This document shows positions 9,493 through 18,684 of a DNA stretch of 64,000 bases, in pieces; positions within the stretch are counted from its first letter, which is position 1; each line of letters starts with the position of its first letter. Location: contig URIX01000004.1 in assembly GCA_900547975.1 (NCBI GenBank), positions 2,719 to 66,718 on the forward strand, in the 5' to 3' direction. The notes below the pieces were generated by a model. That model worked only from the letters and a program-made list of their open reading frames with translations, was not told where the DNA came from and did no database searches. The stretch is from an uncultured Eubacteriales bacterium. GTDB taxonomy: Bacteria > Bacillota > Clostridia > Christensenellales > CAG-917. The position numbers and the translations under genes are program-made.

Positions 9493-10680
9493 TTACGCAA
9501 CCAACTTGAAATCCTCGATTCGCAAATCGCCGAAACACTCTATACTTTGCGCTTTTTCAAACATAAATCTCGAATGAACGGCGTACCCTCTCGTCGGGTC
9601 TTGCACGAAAACGTGGGTTATCGCGCCTATCAAAATGCCGTCTTGAACGATTGGACTTCCGCTCATTCCCTGCACGATTCCGCCCGTTTTGGCGATAAGT
9701 TCTTTGTCGCTCACCTTTACGACCATACCCTTTTCAGCCGCTTCGCTTTGCGACACGACTTTGACTATTTCAACGTCATAGAACTTGGGTGACGAACCGT
9801 CAATAGTAGTCAAGACTTGCGCTTTTCCCACTCTTGCTTCGCCTTTTGCGGCAATTCTATACAAATCGCCGTCGGGAGTCGCGGTATATTTGCCGTACAA
9901 TCCTATTTCGGTGTTGTCGAAAATCTCGCCTATAGTCATTGAAAGTCTGTTTACGTCGGCAATCAAGCCGCCCGCTTTACCTCTTTCCCCTTTTTCTACG
10001 CCGCTTACGGTTGCGTTGTATATCTTGCCTTCGTTGAGTTCCTTTTCAAGTCCCGTGTCAGCGTCTGCGATTTTATGTCCGAGTGCGGCAAACTTGCCGT
10101 CTTGCGTGACGAAAGTCAGCGTTCCGACGCCCCCTACGTCCTCTTTGAGCGCAAGACCGAGTTTATACTTTTCGTCCGCTTTGTCCTTTGCCAGAACGGC
10201 GGCATCTTTTTTGATTACGTTGTCGTGCAAATACTCAAAAGTGATTCTCGGATTCGTAAGTTCGGATAACGTCTTTTTGAGTTTGTAGAGCGAATCCACC
10301 TTTTCGCCGTTGAGGGAAAGAAGCACGTCGCCCCTATTTATTTGCGATTTTTCAAGCGGATACACATCGCCGTTTTTTGTTGCTACGCTTCCTTTTGCCG
10401 CAACTATAAGACCTTGCGCTCGGATACTTATGCCAATCGGCTTGCCGCCTATTCTGACGTAATTCTTGTCGCCCAGGCCGCAGGTCTGCATTTTGTTGAA
10501 TAACGAATTGTTGCACAAAACCGCTTGATTTTCGGTAAATGTATTCTTAATTTCGATATTTTTTAGAACACTTATATTACAAATCAATGCGCAAAAAGCG
10601 CAAAATAGCAAAATCAGCGTTATTGCCAAGAACGCCCTTCTTTGTGTTTTGATATACTTTTGTTTGTCTTCATTCTGCAT
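9493..10680 (-). CDS. spoIVB: SpoIVB signalling serine peptidase (S55)
   Basis: N-terminal TM, PDZ-like region, then GTLTFVTQDGKFAALGHKI and GMSGSPIVQDGILIGAITHVF catalytic-region motifs. Confidence 0.9.
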   Translation of the reverse strand: MQNEDKQKYIKTQRRAFLAITLILLFCAFCALICNISVLKNIEIKNTFTENQAVLCNNSLFNKMQTCGLGDKNYVRIGGKPIGISIRAQGLIVAAKGSVATKNGDVYPLEKSQINRGDVLLSLNGEKVDSLYKLKKTLSELTNPRITFEYLHDNVIKKDAAVLAKDKADEKYKLGLALKEDVGGVGTLTFVTQDGKFAALGHKIADADTGLEKELNEGKIYNATVSGVEKGERGKAGGLIADVNRLSMTIGEIFDNTEIGLYGKYTATPDGDLYRIAAKGEARVGKAQVLTTIDGSSPKFYDVEIVKVVSQSEAAEKGMVVKVSDKELIAKTGGIVQGMSGSPIVQDGILIGAITHVFVQDPTRGYAVHSRFMFEKAQSIECFGDLRIEDFKLVA

Positions 10681-10727
10681 ACTTCTATGTTGCGCAAAAT
10701 GAAAATTCGTTTGCTTGTAAATTTATG

Positions 10728-10761
10728 TAAAAGAAAAGCGAACGCCAATCGACGTTCGCTT
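10728..10761 (-). terminator. Intrinsic terminator after the flavoprotein gene
   Basis: AGCGAACG/CGTTCGCT stem followed by TTTTCTTTT on the minus strand. Confidence 0.55.
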
Positions 10762-10851
10762 CACTGCCAACCCTTTTACACAAGAACTTAAAAACACATA
10801 GCGCGCAATTTACCTTCTCTTATAAAAAGATTTATATTAAATTGTCATAAA

Positions 10852-12261
10852 TTATTTTTCGGATTCGAGAATATTGCGAGCCATATATACGCCCATAACC
10901 GAAGCCATCATAAGACCTCTCGTCCAACCGCTACTGTCGCCGAGACAATGCAAGCCGTGAATCGAAGTGTTGAGTTTGTCGTCCATTTTGATCTTGTTGC
11001 TGTAAAATTTAAGTTCGGGGCTATAAAGCAACGTTTCATACCCTGCAAAACCGGGGACGACCTTATCGACCGCTTGAATGAAGTTGATGATGTTGAGCAT
11101 TGCTCTGTACGGCATACCCGCGGTGATGTCGCCCGCAACCGCGTCTTTGAGCGTGGGACGAACGTTCGAGAAGCCGAGTTCTCTTTGCCAAGTACGCTTT
11201 CCGCTCAAAATATCGCCGTAGCGTTGCACCATAATCTTGCCTGCGCCGAGCATATTCGTGAGTTCGCCGACGCGCTGTGCGTATGCGATAGGCTCTTTGA
11301 ACGGCTCTGTGAAAGAATGCGAGCAAAGAATCGCAAGGTTCGTGTTGTCGCTTTTCTTTTCCTTGTAACTGTGACCGTTGACGACTGCCAAATCGTTGTC
11401 GTAGTTCTCTTGCGACACGAATCCGCCGGGGTTTTGGCAGAAGATACGCACTTTGTTCTTGAACGGTTCGGGATAACCGATGAGTTTGGACTCGTAAAGC
11501 ACGTCGTTGACTTCTTCCATAATCTCGTTGCGCACTTCGACTCTCACGCCGATGTCGACGACGCCCGGTGCGTGCGCGATGTTGTGTTCGGCGCACATCT
11601 TTTCAAGCCAGTCCGCGCCGCGTCTGCCCGTTGCGATAATGGTTTTGTCCGCAAAGATTTCCTCTTTGTTGCCGCCCTTGCTGTCCTCGATATACACGCC
11701 TTTGCACTCGTCGCCTTCGAGAATGATGTTGGCGCATTGTCTTGCGAAAATGAGGTCAACACCGTTATCTCTCAAATAGTTTTCGATTGCAAGGTACAAA
11801 TCGTGCGCTTTTTCCGTGCCGAGGTGGCGAATGGGGCAATCGACCAGTTTCAATCCTGCCTGAATCGCTTTTTTGCGGATTTCTTTGACTTTTTCCACGT
11901 TTCCGAGACCTTCGATATGCTCGTCCGCACCAAATTCGAGATATATTTTGTCGGTGTAATCGATGAGTTCCTGCGCCTTATCCGCACCGATGAGTTGCGG
12001 AAGTTCGCCGCCGACTTCGTATGAAAGAGAAAGTTTGCCGTCCGAAAACGCGCCTGCGCCCGAAAAGCCCGTCGTTATATGGCAATAGGGCTTGCAGTTG
12101 CGGCACTCGCCGCCGAACGTCTTGGGACATACGCGCTTTTCGACAGGTTGTCCTTTTTCGATTATGCACATTTTTTTCTTGCTTCCGTTGCGCAAAAGTT
12201 CGATTGCGGTAAAGATTCCCGCAGGGCCTGCACCGACGATACAAATATCGTATTTTCTCAT
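10852..12261 (-). CDS. FAD-dependent protein (COG2509-type uncharacterised dehydrogenase)
   Basis: MRKYDICIVGAGPAGIFTAIEL Rossmann start and a Cys cluster CP..FGGECRNCKPYC. The TGFSGAGAFSDGKL motif is typical of this family. Confidence 0.8.
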   Translation of the reverse strand: MRKYDICIVGAGPAGIFTAIELLRNGSKKKMCIIEKGQPVEKRVCPKTFGGECRNCKPYCHITTGFSGAGAFSDGKLSLSYEVGGELPQLIGADKAQELIDYTDKIYLEFGADEHIEGLGNVEKVKEIRKKAIQAGLKLVDCPIRHLGTEKAHDLYLAIENYLRDNGVDLIFARQCANIILEGDECKGVYIEDSKGGNKEEIFADKTIIATGRRGADWLEKMCAEHNIAHAPGVVDIGVRVEVRNEIMEEVNDVLYESKLIGYPEPFKNKVRIFCQNPGGFVSQENYDNDLAVVNGHSYKEKKSDNTNLAILCSHSFTEPFKEPIAYAQRVGELTNMLGAGKIMVQRYGDILSGKRTWQRELGFSNVRPTLKDAVAGDITAGMPYRAMLNIINFIQAVDKVVPGFAGYETLLYSPELKFYSNKIKMDDKLNTSIHGLHCLGDSSGWTRGLMMASVMGVYMARNILESEK

Positions 12262-12468
12262 TTCAACCTCTGAATTTCGTATTTTTCAAACGAACGTATA
12301 AAATAATATATTATTTTACGCCTCGTTTTTTCCGTCGCAAAAAGTTTTGCACCCCCGCGACCTGTTGGATTATAATGCCAAAACGCCGCCTTGTCAACAC
12401 TTCGGGTTCGTTTTGACAAAATGTTTTTTACGCTTTGTCGATAATTGTCAATTTTTGCAAGCCTGCGC

Positions 12469-12477
12469 CATAAAATA
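12469..12477 (+). promoter_or_regulatory. Candidate mother-cell sigma (sigE/sigK-type) -10 element upstream of sigK
   Basis: CATAAAATA matches the CATAnnnTA sigK-type -10 and lies ~20 nt upstream of the sigK start. No good -35 could be assigned. Confidence 0.3.
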
Positions 12478-12496
12478 TACAACTCGGAGGACTTAA

Positions 12497-13192
12497 ATGG
12501 CTTTGGAAAACTTGCTGACTCTTTTGAAAAATCTTATCATATTTTCTTCCTATATGACGGAAAAGAGTTCTTTTCCAAAGCCGTTGTCCAAAGAAAAAGA
12601 GCAAGAATACCTCAAAAAAAGCGCGAGCGGCGACAAGGAAGCAAAGGAAATCCTCGTAAAGCACAATCTGCGCCTCGTGGCGCATATCGCAAAGAAATAC
12701 GCCAACTACGGCGACAACGACGAACTTATATCCATAGGCTCTATAGGACTTATGAAAGCAATCGAGAGTTTCAAAAGCGACAAAGGCACTTCCCTTGCCA
12801 CCTACGCTTCGCGCTGTATCGAAAACGAAATCCTTATGACCATGCGCACGAGCAAGAAACATCGCTCGAACGTGTCGCTCAACGAACCCATAGGCGTTGA
12901 CAAGGACGGCAACGAACTGGTGATTATGGATATGCTCGAATCCGACCAGAACGTCATCGAGGACGTGGAAAACTCGATAATGATGGAAAAACTGTCGCAA
13001 ATCACCAAATCCGCGCTTGACGACAGAGAGTATCAGATAATCAAACTGCGCTACGGACTTGAAAACACGGGCGCGCTCACCCAGCGCGAAGTTGCAAAAA
13101 AATTCAATATTTCACGCTCGTACGTTTCCCGAATCGAGAAAAAAGCCCTCGAAAAAATCAAAAAATCCGTCAACAAAGACGATTTAATGTGA
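12497..13192 (+). CDS. sigK: RNA polymerase sporulation sigma factor SigK (pro-sigma-K), uninterrupted
   Basis: Pro-sequence then FPKPLSKEKEQEYL...HNLRLVAHIAKKY...ASRCIENEILMTMR...ISRSYVSRIEKKAL. Closer to SigK (LRLVAHI) than to SigE (LRLVVYI, found at 15506). SD GGAGG is 6 nt before the ATG. Confidence 0.85.
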   Translation: MALENLLTLLKNLIIFSSYMTEKSSFPKPLSKEKEQEYLKKSASGDKEAKEILVKHNLRLVAHIAKKYANYGDNDELISIGSIGLMKAIESFKSDKGTSLATYASRCIENEILMTMRTSKKHRSNVSLNEPIGVDKDGNELVIMDMLESDQNVIEDVENSIMMEKLSQITKSALDDREYQIIKLRYGLENTGALTQREVAKKFNISRSYVSRIEKKALEKIKKSVNKDDLM

Positions 13193-13202
13193 ATCGCGCA
13201 TT

Positions 13203-13240
13203 AAAAAACGCAAAGCGAACGAGTTTCGCTTTGCGTTTAT
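13203..13240. terminator. Bidirectional intrinsic terminator between sigK and nrdR
   Basis: 12-bp stem ACGCAAAGCGAA/TTCGCTTTGCGT flanked by an A-run and a T-run. Confidence 0.7.
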
Positions 13241-13330
13241 ATTGCATACATAAATTCTAAAAAACCGATAACTAAAATTTAATCGCTTTTTTAAGCAATC
13301 GTTCGTTTTGAAGCCGTCGTTTTTATAAAA

Positions 13331-13810
13331 TCAGTCGTTTTTCTTGGTCATTTCCTCTTTGAGTTTGACAAGGCTTTCGATTTCGTCAAGCAAGGTGTTG
13401 ATGTCCTTGAATTGACGGTGGACGGACGCATAACGGACGTACGCAACTTCATCTATACTCTTTAAGCCTTCCATAACCATATCGCCGAGCGCGGCGGAAG
13501 AAATCTCTTGGTCGAGCGAATTGAGCACCTTGCGCTGAATGTCGCCCACAAGTCTGTCGATTGACGACATCGAAATGGGGCGTTTTTCGCACGCTTTCAT
13601 AATGCCGATTTTGATTTTATTGAGGTCGAACGCTTGGCGAGAACCGTCTTTTTTGATGACCATTACGGGCGTCGATTCGACGGTTTCGTAAGTTGTGAAA
13701 CGCTTGCCGCAAACCACACACTCTCTGCGACGGCGAATGGAAGTGCCGTCCTCGTTTTGGCGCGAATCCACAACCTTGCTGTCCATACTACCGCAATATA
13801 TACATTTCAT
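13331..13810 (-). CDS. nrdR: Transcriptional repressor NrdR
   Basis: MKCIYCGSMDSKVVDSR...RRRRECVVCGKRFTTYE zinc ribbon plus ATP-cone. Start taken at the internal ATG 13810; the track ORF is over-extended. Confidence 0.92.
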   Translation of the reverse strand: MKCIYCGSMDSKVVDSRQNEDGTSIRRRRECVVCGKRFTTYETVESTPVMVIKKDGSRQAFDLNKIKIGIMKACEKRPISMSSIDRLVGDIQRKVLNSLDQEISSAALGDMVMEGLKSIDEVAYVRYASVHRQFKDINTLLDEIESLVKLKEEMTKKND

Positions 13811-14019
13811 TTGTCTACATACCTCGACTTTTATTGCGAATATTATACAATATATTGTAAAAAATGTAAACCTTAATTTTTGAAAAAATACCATATTTAG
13901 TGGGTTTATTGTTCAATCAATCACAACGAGCGTACATTTTTTTGCGCATTTTATACATTTTTTTTGTTCCAAAGCGGATTTTGTCGGAATAAAAAAGGCG
14001 GCGCGGAATATCATTTAGT

Positions 14020-14331
14020 ATGGCACAAAGACAATACTCGTTTGCGGAACTATCAAGAAAAACTGTGATAAACGTTGCCGACGGCAAGGAACTCGGCAAG
14101 GCGTGCGACATTATTTTTACGAATTGCGGAAACGTATGCGGAATCGTCGTGCCCGGCAAAAAGAGCCTTTTGAAAAGCATTACGAGCGCGGAAACAATAT
14201 TTATCCCTTGGAATCGGATTATGAAAATCGGCGCGGATGCGGTTTTGGTGGAACTCGTGGGCAACTACGCAATGACTATGGCGGAAGACGCCGTCCAAAA
14301 CAGCGAGCAAAACAAGGATATATCATATTGA
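14020..14331 (+). CDS. ylmC: YlmC/YmxH-family sporulation protein (PRC-barrel)
   Basis: FAELSRKTVINVADGKELGKACDIIFT..CGIVVPG...IPWNRIMKIGADAVLVE. Confidence 0.85.
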   Translation: MAQRQYSFAELSRKTVINVADGKELGKACDIIFTNCGNVCGIVVPGKKSLLKSITSAETIFIPWNRIMKIGADAVLVELVGNYAMTMAEDAVQNSEQNKDISY

Positions 14332-14369
14332 TAAATTAAACTTAATATATCCTACTATTCACTGTTGTT

Positions 14370-14433
14370 ATCGAACATCATTGCAATCGAACATCATAGC
14401 AATCGAACATCATTGCAATCGAACATCATTGCT
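14370..14433. repeat. Tandem repeat, 16-nt unit ATCGAACATCATTGCA x4
   Basis: Read directly; one or two substitutions between units. Lies in the convergent ylmC/sigG intergenic region. Confidence 0.9.
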
Positions 14434-14450
14434 ATTGAGAATTCATCGAT

Positions 14451-14492
14451 ATTGAAACTTCGGTATTGAAACTTCGGTATTGAAACTTCAAA
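14451..14492. repeat. Tandem repeat, 14-nt unit ATTGAAACTTCGGT x3
   Basis: Read directly; lies 17 nt after the 16-nt repeat block. Confidence 0.9.
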
Positions 14493-14588
14493 CGATATAA
14501 AAAACACGGCGATTTTTGCCGCATTTTTTATTAGTTTTCGCGATAATTTTTTAAGAGTTTTGACGGCTTATATAACGCCGCCGCAAAA

Positions 14589-15359
14589 TCAATTCATACA
14601 CGATTTTATGCGCTTTATCGCGGATTTTTCAAGGCGAGATACCTGCGCTTGCGATATGCCTACGATTTTGCTTATCTCGATTTGCGTTTTACCGTCGAAA
14701 TAGCGCAATCGCACGACTTCCATCTCACGTTCGGGGACGTTTTTCAACGCTTCGTGCAAAGCGATTTTTTCCGTCCAGTTTTCGCTCGTTTCCTTCTTGT
14801 CGGCAAGTTGGTCGATGAGTTCCTGTCCTTCCTCTGCGTCGTTGTAGACGGGTTCGTAAAAGGATACCGGTTCGCTCACAGCGTCGAGCGCGCAAGCCAC
14901 TTCGCAAAGCGGTACGCCGATTTCTTCGGCGATTTCCGTCATAGTCGGGTCGTTTGCGTTGAGTTTGGACAAATCCTCTCTCGCTTTCAATGCCTTGTAC
15001 GCCGTATCGCGCATACTTCTCGACACTTTAATCGTCGTACGATCGCGTATTGCGCGCCTCATCTCGCCTATTATCATAGGCACGGCATATGTTGAAAACC
15101 TGACGTCGAGATTTACGTCGAAATTGTCGAGAGCCTTCAAAAGCCCCACCATTCCTACCTGAAACAAATCGTCCGCGCTTTCCGACGACTTTGAAAATCT
15201 TCCGACGCAGGACAAAACGAGTCGCATATTCGCACGCAAAAACAAATCGCGCGCTTCACCGTCGCCGCGCTTGATTTTCAAAAGCAATTCGTCACATTCT
15301 TTTGCGCTTATCTTGGGTAGCGTTGCGGTATCGATTCCGCATATTTGTACTTTGCCCAT
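14589..15359 (-). CDS. sigG: Forespore sigma factor SigG
   Basis: LPKISAKECDELL...ANMRLVLSCVGRF...FQVGMVGLLKALDNFD...ISQAQVSRLEKSAI. Lies immediately downstream of sigE. SD AAAGGAGG. Confidence 0.9.
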   Translation of the reverse strand: MGKVQICGIDTATLPKISAKECDELLLKIKRGDGEARDLFLRANMRLVLSCVGRFSKSSESADDLFQVGMVGLLKALDNFDVNLDVRFSTYAVPMIIGEMRRAIRDRTTIKVSRSMRDTAYKALKAREDLSKLNANDPTMTEIAEEIGVPLCEVACALDAVSEPVSFYEPVYNDAEEGQELIDQLADKKETSENWTEKIALHEALKNVPEREMEVVRLRYFDGKTQIEISKIVGISQAQVSRLEKSAIKRIKSCMN

Positions 15360-15451
15360 ACAAGCCTCCTTTGAGTATGTACCTGTACGGGCAAATTAAA
15401 TTCAGTGCGTTAGATATGCGATTTTACGACATTCTTAACAGATTTCGACCG

Positions 15452-15520
15452 ATTCCGAGCGAGTTTAGCCGAGTTTAGGCGGATTTCATCCGAGTTTAGA
15501 CGATTTCAGCCGAGTTTCTG
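15452..15520. repeat. Imperfect tandem repeats containing CGAGTTTAG (minus sense CTAAACTCGG), 10/20-nt period
   Basis: Core GAGTTT occurs at 15461, 15471, 15492 and 15512 (GAGTTTAG at the first three, GAGTTTCT at the last). The array starts inside the last codons of sigE and fills the sigE-sigG spacer. Confidence 0.7.
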
Positions 15521-16219
15521 CATATCGCGCTTCAAGTTGTCGACGATTTTCTTTTCGAGTCGAGATATATAAGACTGCGATATTCCCATCATATCGGCAA
15601 TTTCTTTTTGGGTCATTTCGTCCTTGCCGTAAAGTCCGAAACGAAGTTCGAGAATCTGCTTTTCTCGGTCGGGCAACTTGTCGAAAGTGTCCTTCAATAT
15701 CTTCTTTTCGTCGCACGCCTCGACTTTGTCGTATACGGCGTCGGGGTCCGTGCCGATTATGTCGCAAAGAAGAAGCATATTCCCTTCCCAGTCCACGTTC
15801 AGCGGCTCGTCGAGCGACACTTCGGCGCGTTGCTTGCCGGTCTTTCTGAGGTGCATAAGGATTTCGTTTTCTATGCACCGAGAAGCGAACGTGGCAAGTT
15901 TTATGTTTTTGTCGGGATTGTAACTTCCCACCGCCTTGATAAGCCCTATCGTGCCGATGGAAACAAGGTCGTCCATATCAACGCCCGTGTTGTCGAAACG
16001 CTTGGCAATGTACACGACAAGGCGCAAATTATGCTCTATGAGCGACAATCTCGCTTCCTCGTCGCCCGCAAGGAACTTTTTTACCGTTTCCGCTTCCTCG
16101 TCGGGCGTGAGCGGGGACGGCAACGAATTGCCTTGTGATATGTAATTGACAAACGATTTCTCTTTCAGCCCGAGTTTTTCGAGCAACTTTTGAAATAACG
16201 CTTTGATTTTGCCTTTCAT
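15506..16219 (-). CDS. sigE: Mother-cell sigma factor SigE (pro-sigma-E)
   Basis: Pro-sequence MKGKIKALFQKLLEKLGLK..., then LPSPLTPDEE, HNLRLVVYIAKRF, ASRCIENEILMHLR and ISQSYISRLEKKI. Follows spoIIGA. Confidence 0.92.
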   Translation of the reverse strand: MKGKIKALFQKLLEKLGLKEKSFVNYISQGNSLPSPLTPDEEAETVKKFLAGDEEARLSLIEHNLRLVVYIAKRFDNTGVDMDDLVSIGTIGLIKAVGSYNPDKNIKLATFASRCIENEILMHLRKTGKQRAEVSLDEPLNVDWEGNMLLLCDIIGTDPDAVYDKVEACDEKKILKDTFDKLPDREKQILELRFGLYGKDEMTQKEIADMMGISQSYISRLEKKIVDNLKRDMQKLG

Positions 16220-16312
16220 ATATTTTCTCCGTTATTTACGTTTTTATGAGCAGAACCGATATTTTTTGTCTAACGCTCTTTTCCACTATGTCGAATATTG
16301 CTAAATACCCGA

Positions 16313-17072
16313 TTAGAACATCGAATTTTGCAATATTATGTCGTAGTCTCCGAAGTTTTGTTCGCAGAGCGCGCCGAGTGCGTTTTGCGCTTTTTCTCCG
16401 ACCTTTACCGTATCGAAGCGCACGACGGGCATACACTTATCGCCGTTTACGGTGTGCGCGTTGACAAATCCTTCTATGGTGCGTTTACCTATTTTTTCGC
16501 AAGCGGATTTTGATAATATCACGACGGGCAAGCCGCTCAAATCGTCGGTGAGCAGATTTCCGCTGTCGCACAAGCCTTTGAGTTTGAAACTAACGCCGTC
16601 AATATCTATTTCAACGTCTTTTACGACCTTTCCGCGCGTGCTTCTCTTTTTGGCGATTACGAGTCCTACGGCGATACATACGAACGCCGCAGTTGCGACG
16701 ATACCGAGAATCGCATACGACTTTATATCGACGTTAAACGCATAAGACAAGCCGTATACTATACCGCCGACAAAGTACGTGACGAGACAGAAGCACATAA
16801 GCGTTTTGAGATAGTCGCATATCTTCTCTTTTGCTTTGTCGCCTTCGCATTTTGAAAGCAACGCGCACATCAGCGGCGCAAGCAAAACTTTGACGAGGAT
16901 TTGTCCCCATTTCGGCGCAATCGCAAACGCAATCGCCACCGCCGCGCCGGTTATAGCCGTCAGTATAAGACGAATTTTGCCCACTCTCTTTCTTCTTATT
17001 GCAAGCGTTGTGAGAGATATGCACAAATCCACTGCGAGATTGTTGAAAACGACTAGTTCTATGTATACGTTC
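16313..17072 (-). CDS. spoIIGA: Sigma-E processing peptidase SpoIIGA
   Basis: Five N-terminal TM helices and a C-terminal GLCDSGNLLTD aspartic-protease motif. The track ORF starts at 17146, inside the ftsZ terminator hairpin. I prefer GTG 17072 (MNVYIELVVFNN...), but the start is uncertain. Confidence 0.85.
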
Positions 17073-17132
17073 ACGAAAACAAGATAGCGTAAATCAAATG
17101 AAAATTCTTTCTTTCCGTGTCGGTGAAAACGC

Positions 17133-17164
17133 AAAAATCCTCGCAAAAATTTGCGAGGATTTTG
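17133..17164 (-). terminator. Intrinsic terminator after ftsZ
   Basis: AATCCTCGCAAA/TTTGCGAGGATT stem followed by a T-run on the minus strand. Confidence 0.6.
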
Positions 17165-17241
17165 TGGATAACTCTAAATAATATTTTGAATTTTAAGCGT
17201 TTAGATTGCCGTTTTGTGCAAATCTACGTCTCTCGTCTCAA

Positions 17242-18684
17242 TCAGTCTCTGTCCCTTTTCAATCTGCGAAGGAATGCGGGGACTTGCTTTTTGGTGACGT
17301 CGATTCTCGAAGATTGGACTTCGTTTTCTTGCACTGCGGGCTGCGGAGTCGGCGCGACTTGCGGTTGAACTACGGGTTGAACGGGCTCTGCGGGTGCAAC
17401 CGGTCTTTGCATTTGTCCGAAAGTGGGTCTGTTTGCAAAAATGTTTTGATTGAACACGGGTTGCTCTACTTCCGCTTGTTGTTCTTCTTCCTTTTCGTCT
17501 TCTTCAACGTTGGAAGCCGCTTGCGATAGCGCGGTTGCAAAGGATTTGGGCGGTTGCGGCGCGCTGCTTCTTGCAGGCGCAAGGTTTCTGTCCACGAATC
17601 CGGTTGCGATAATCGTGATTTCGATGTCTTTTTTGTCGGGAACGAACGCCGTGCCGAGAATGATGTTTGCGCTGGGGTCAACGACTTGTTTTACGATGTC
17701 GCACGCTTCGGTGACTTCGCCCAAAAGCATATCGTCGCCGCCGGTGATGTTGACGATAATGCCCGTTGCGCCCTCGATGTCCGTTTCGAGAAGCGGACTG
17801 AACACTGCTCCGCGCACTGCTTCGATGACTCTCTTTTCACCCTTGCCGTAGCCGATACCCATATGGGCAAGACCTTTGTTGGAAAGAATCGTGCGAACGT
17901 CGGCAAAGTCGAGGTTGATAAGTTCGGGATTTGCGATGACGTCGCTTACGCCCTGAACGCCTTGACGAAGCACGTCGTCCGCGATTTCGAACGCACGTTT
18001 GAAGGAAATGTTCTTGTCAAGCACTTCGATGAGTTTCTGGTTGGGGATAACCAAAAGCGTATCGACGAAGTTTTTGAGGTTTTTGATGCCTTCTTCGGCG
18101 TTTTTCATACGTTGCGCACCCTCGAAGTTGAACGGCTTGGTTACAACCGCGACGGTGAGAATGTTCATAGATTTTGCAATCTCTGCGATGACGGGGGCAG
18201 CACCCGTACCCGTGCCACCGCCCATACCTGCAGTGATAAACAAAAGGTCGATGTCTTTGAGAGCGGCTTTGATACGCTCGCGAGATTCCTCGGCGGCTTT
18301 TCTGCCGATTTCGGGGTCGGAGCCTGCGCCCAAACCGCCCGTCATATTAGCGCCGAGTTGAATTTTGCAATGCGGAGGAACGAGGGACATATTGAGTGCT
18401 TGCATATCCGTGTTCATAACAACGAAACTTGCGCTCTTGATGCCTGCTCTAATCATATTGTTGACGGCGTTGTTTCCGCCACCGCCCACGCCGACTACGA
18501 CGATGTTCGCCTTGCCGGGTTTCTTTTGAGAAACGGGTTGGAACTGTTCGTGAGTTTGCTCTGGTTCAATTTCCTCTGCAGGCTGTTGTTGAGCCTCCTC
18601 TTGCACGGTTTCTTGCACGGTTTCTTCTTCCTCTTGGGAAGTTTCGTCGTTCGGCGTCCAACCGAATTTTTCAAAATCTATCAT
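17242..18684 (-). CDS. ftsZ: Cell division GTPase FtsZ with an unusual ~55-aa acidic N-terminal extension and long Pro/Gln/Val linker
   Basis: VVGVGGGGNNAVNNM and GGTGTGAAPVIAEIAK tubulin signature, with C-terminal peptide VPAFLRRL. ATGA overlap with the ftsA stop; SD GGAGGT. Confidence 0.95.
   Translation of the reverse strand: MIDFEKFGWTPNDETSQEEEETVQETVQEEAQQQPAEEIEPEQTHEQFQPVSQKKPGKANIVVVGVGGGGNNAVNNMIRAGIKSASFVVMNTDMQALNMSLVPPHCKIQLGANMTGGLGAGSDPEIGRKAAEESRERIKAALKDIDLLFITAGMGGGTGTGAAPVIAEIAKSMNILTVAVVTKPFNFEGAQRMKNAEEGIKNLKNFVDTLLVIPNQKLIEVLDKNISFKRAFEIADDVLRQGVQGVSDVIANPELINLDFADVRTILSNKGLAHMGIGYGKGEKRVIEAVRGAVFSPLLETDIEGATGIIVNITGGDDMLLGEVTEACDIVKQVVDPSANIILGTAFVPDKKDIEITIIATGFVDRNLAPARSSAPQPPKSFATALSQAASNVEEDEKEEEQQAEVEQPVFNQNIFANRPTFGQMQRPVAPAEPVQPVVQPQVAPTPQPAVQENEVQSSRIDVTKKQVPAFLRRLKRDRD

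Noticed and set aside
12428-13000. 190-aa minus-strand ORF opposite sigK.
   Set aside because: It is antisense to a clearly identified sigma factor gene, with shadow-ORF composition.
12497-13192. Possible skin-like element interrupting sigK.
   Set aside because: The ORF is continuous from the pro-sequence to region 4.2. No recombinase or insertion is present.
14370-14492. CRISPR array.
   Set aside because: The repeats are directly tandem, with 16-nt and 14-nt units and no spacers. No cas genes are nearby.
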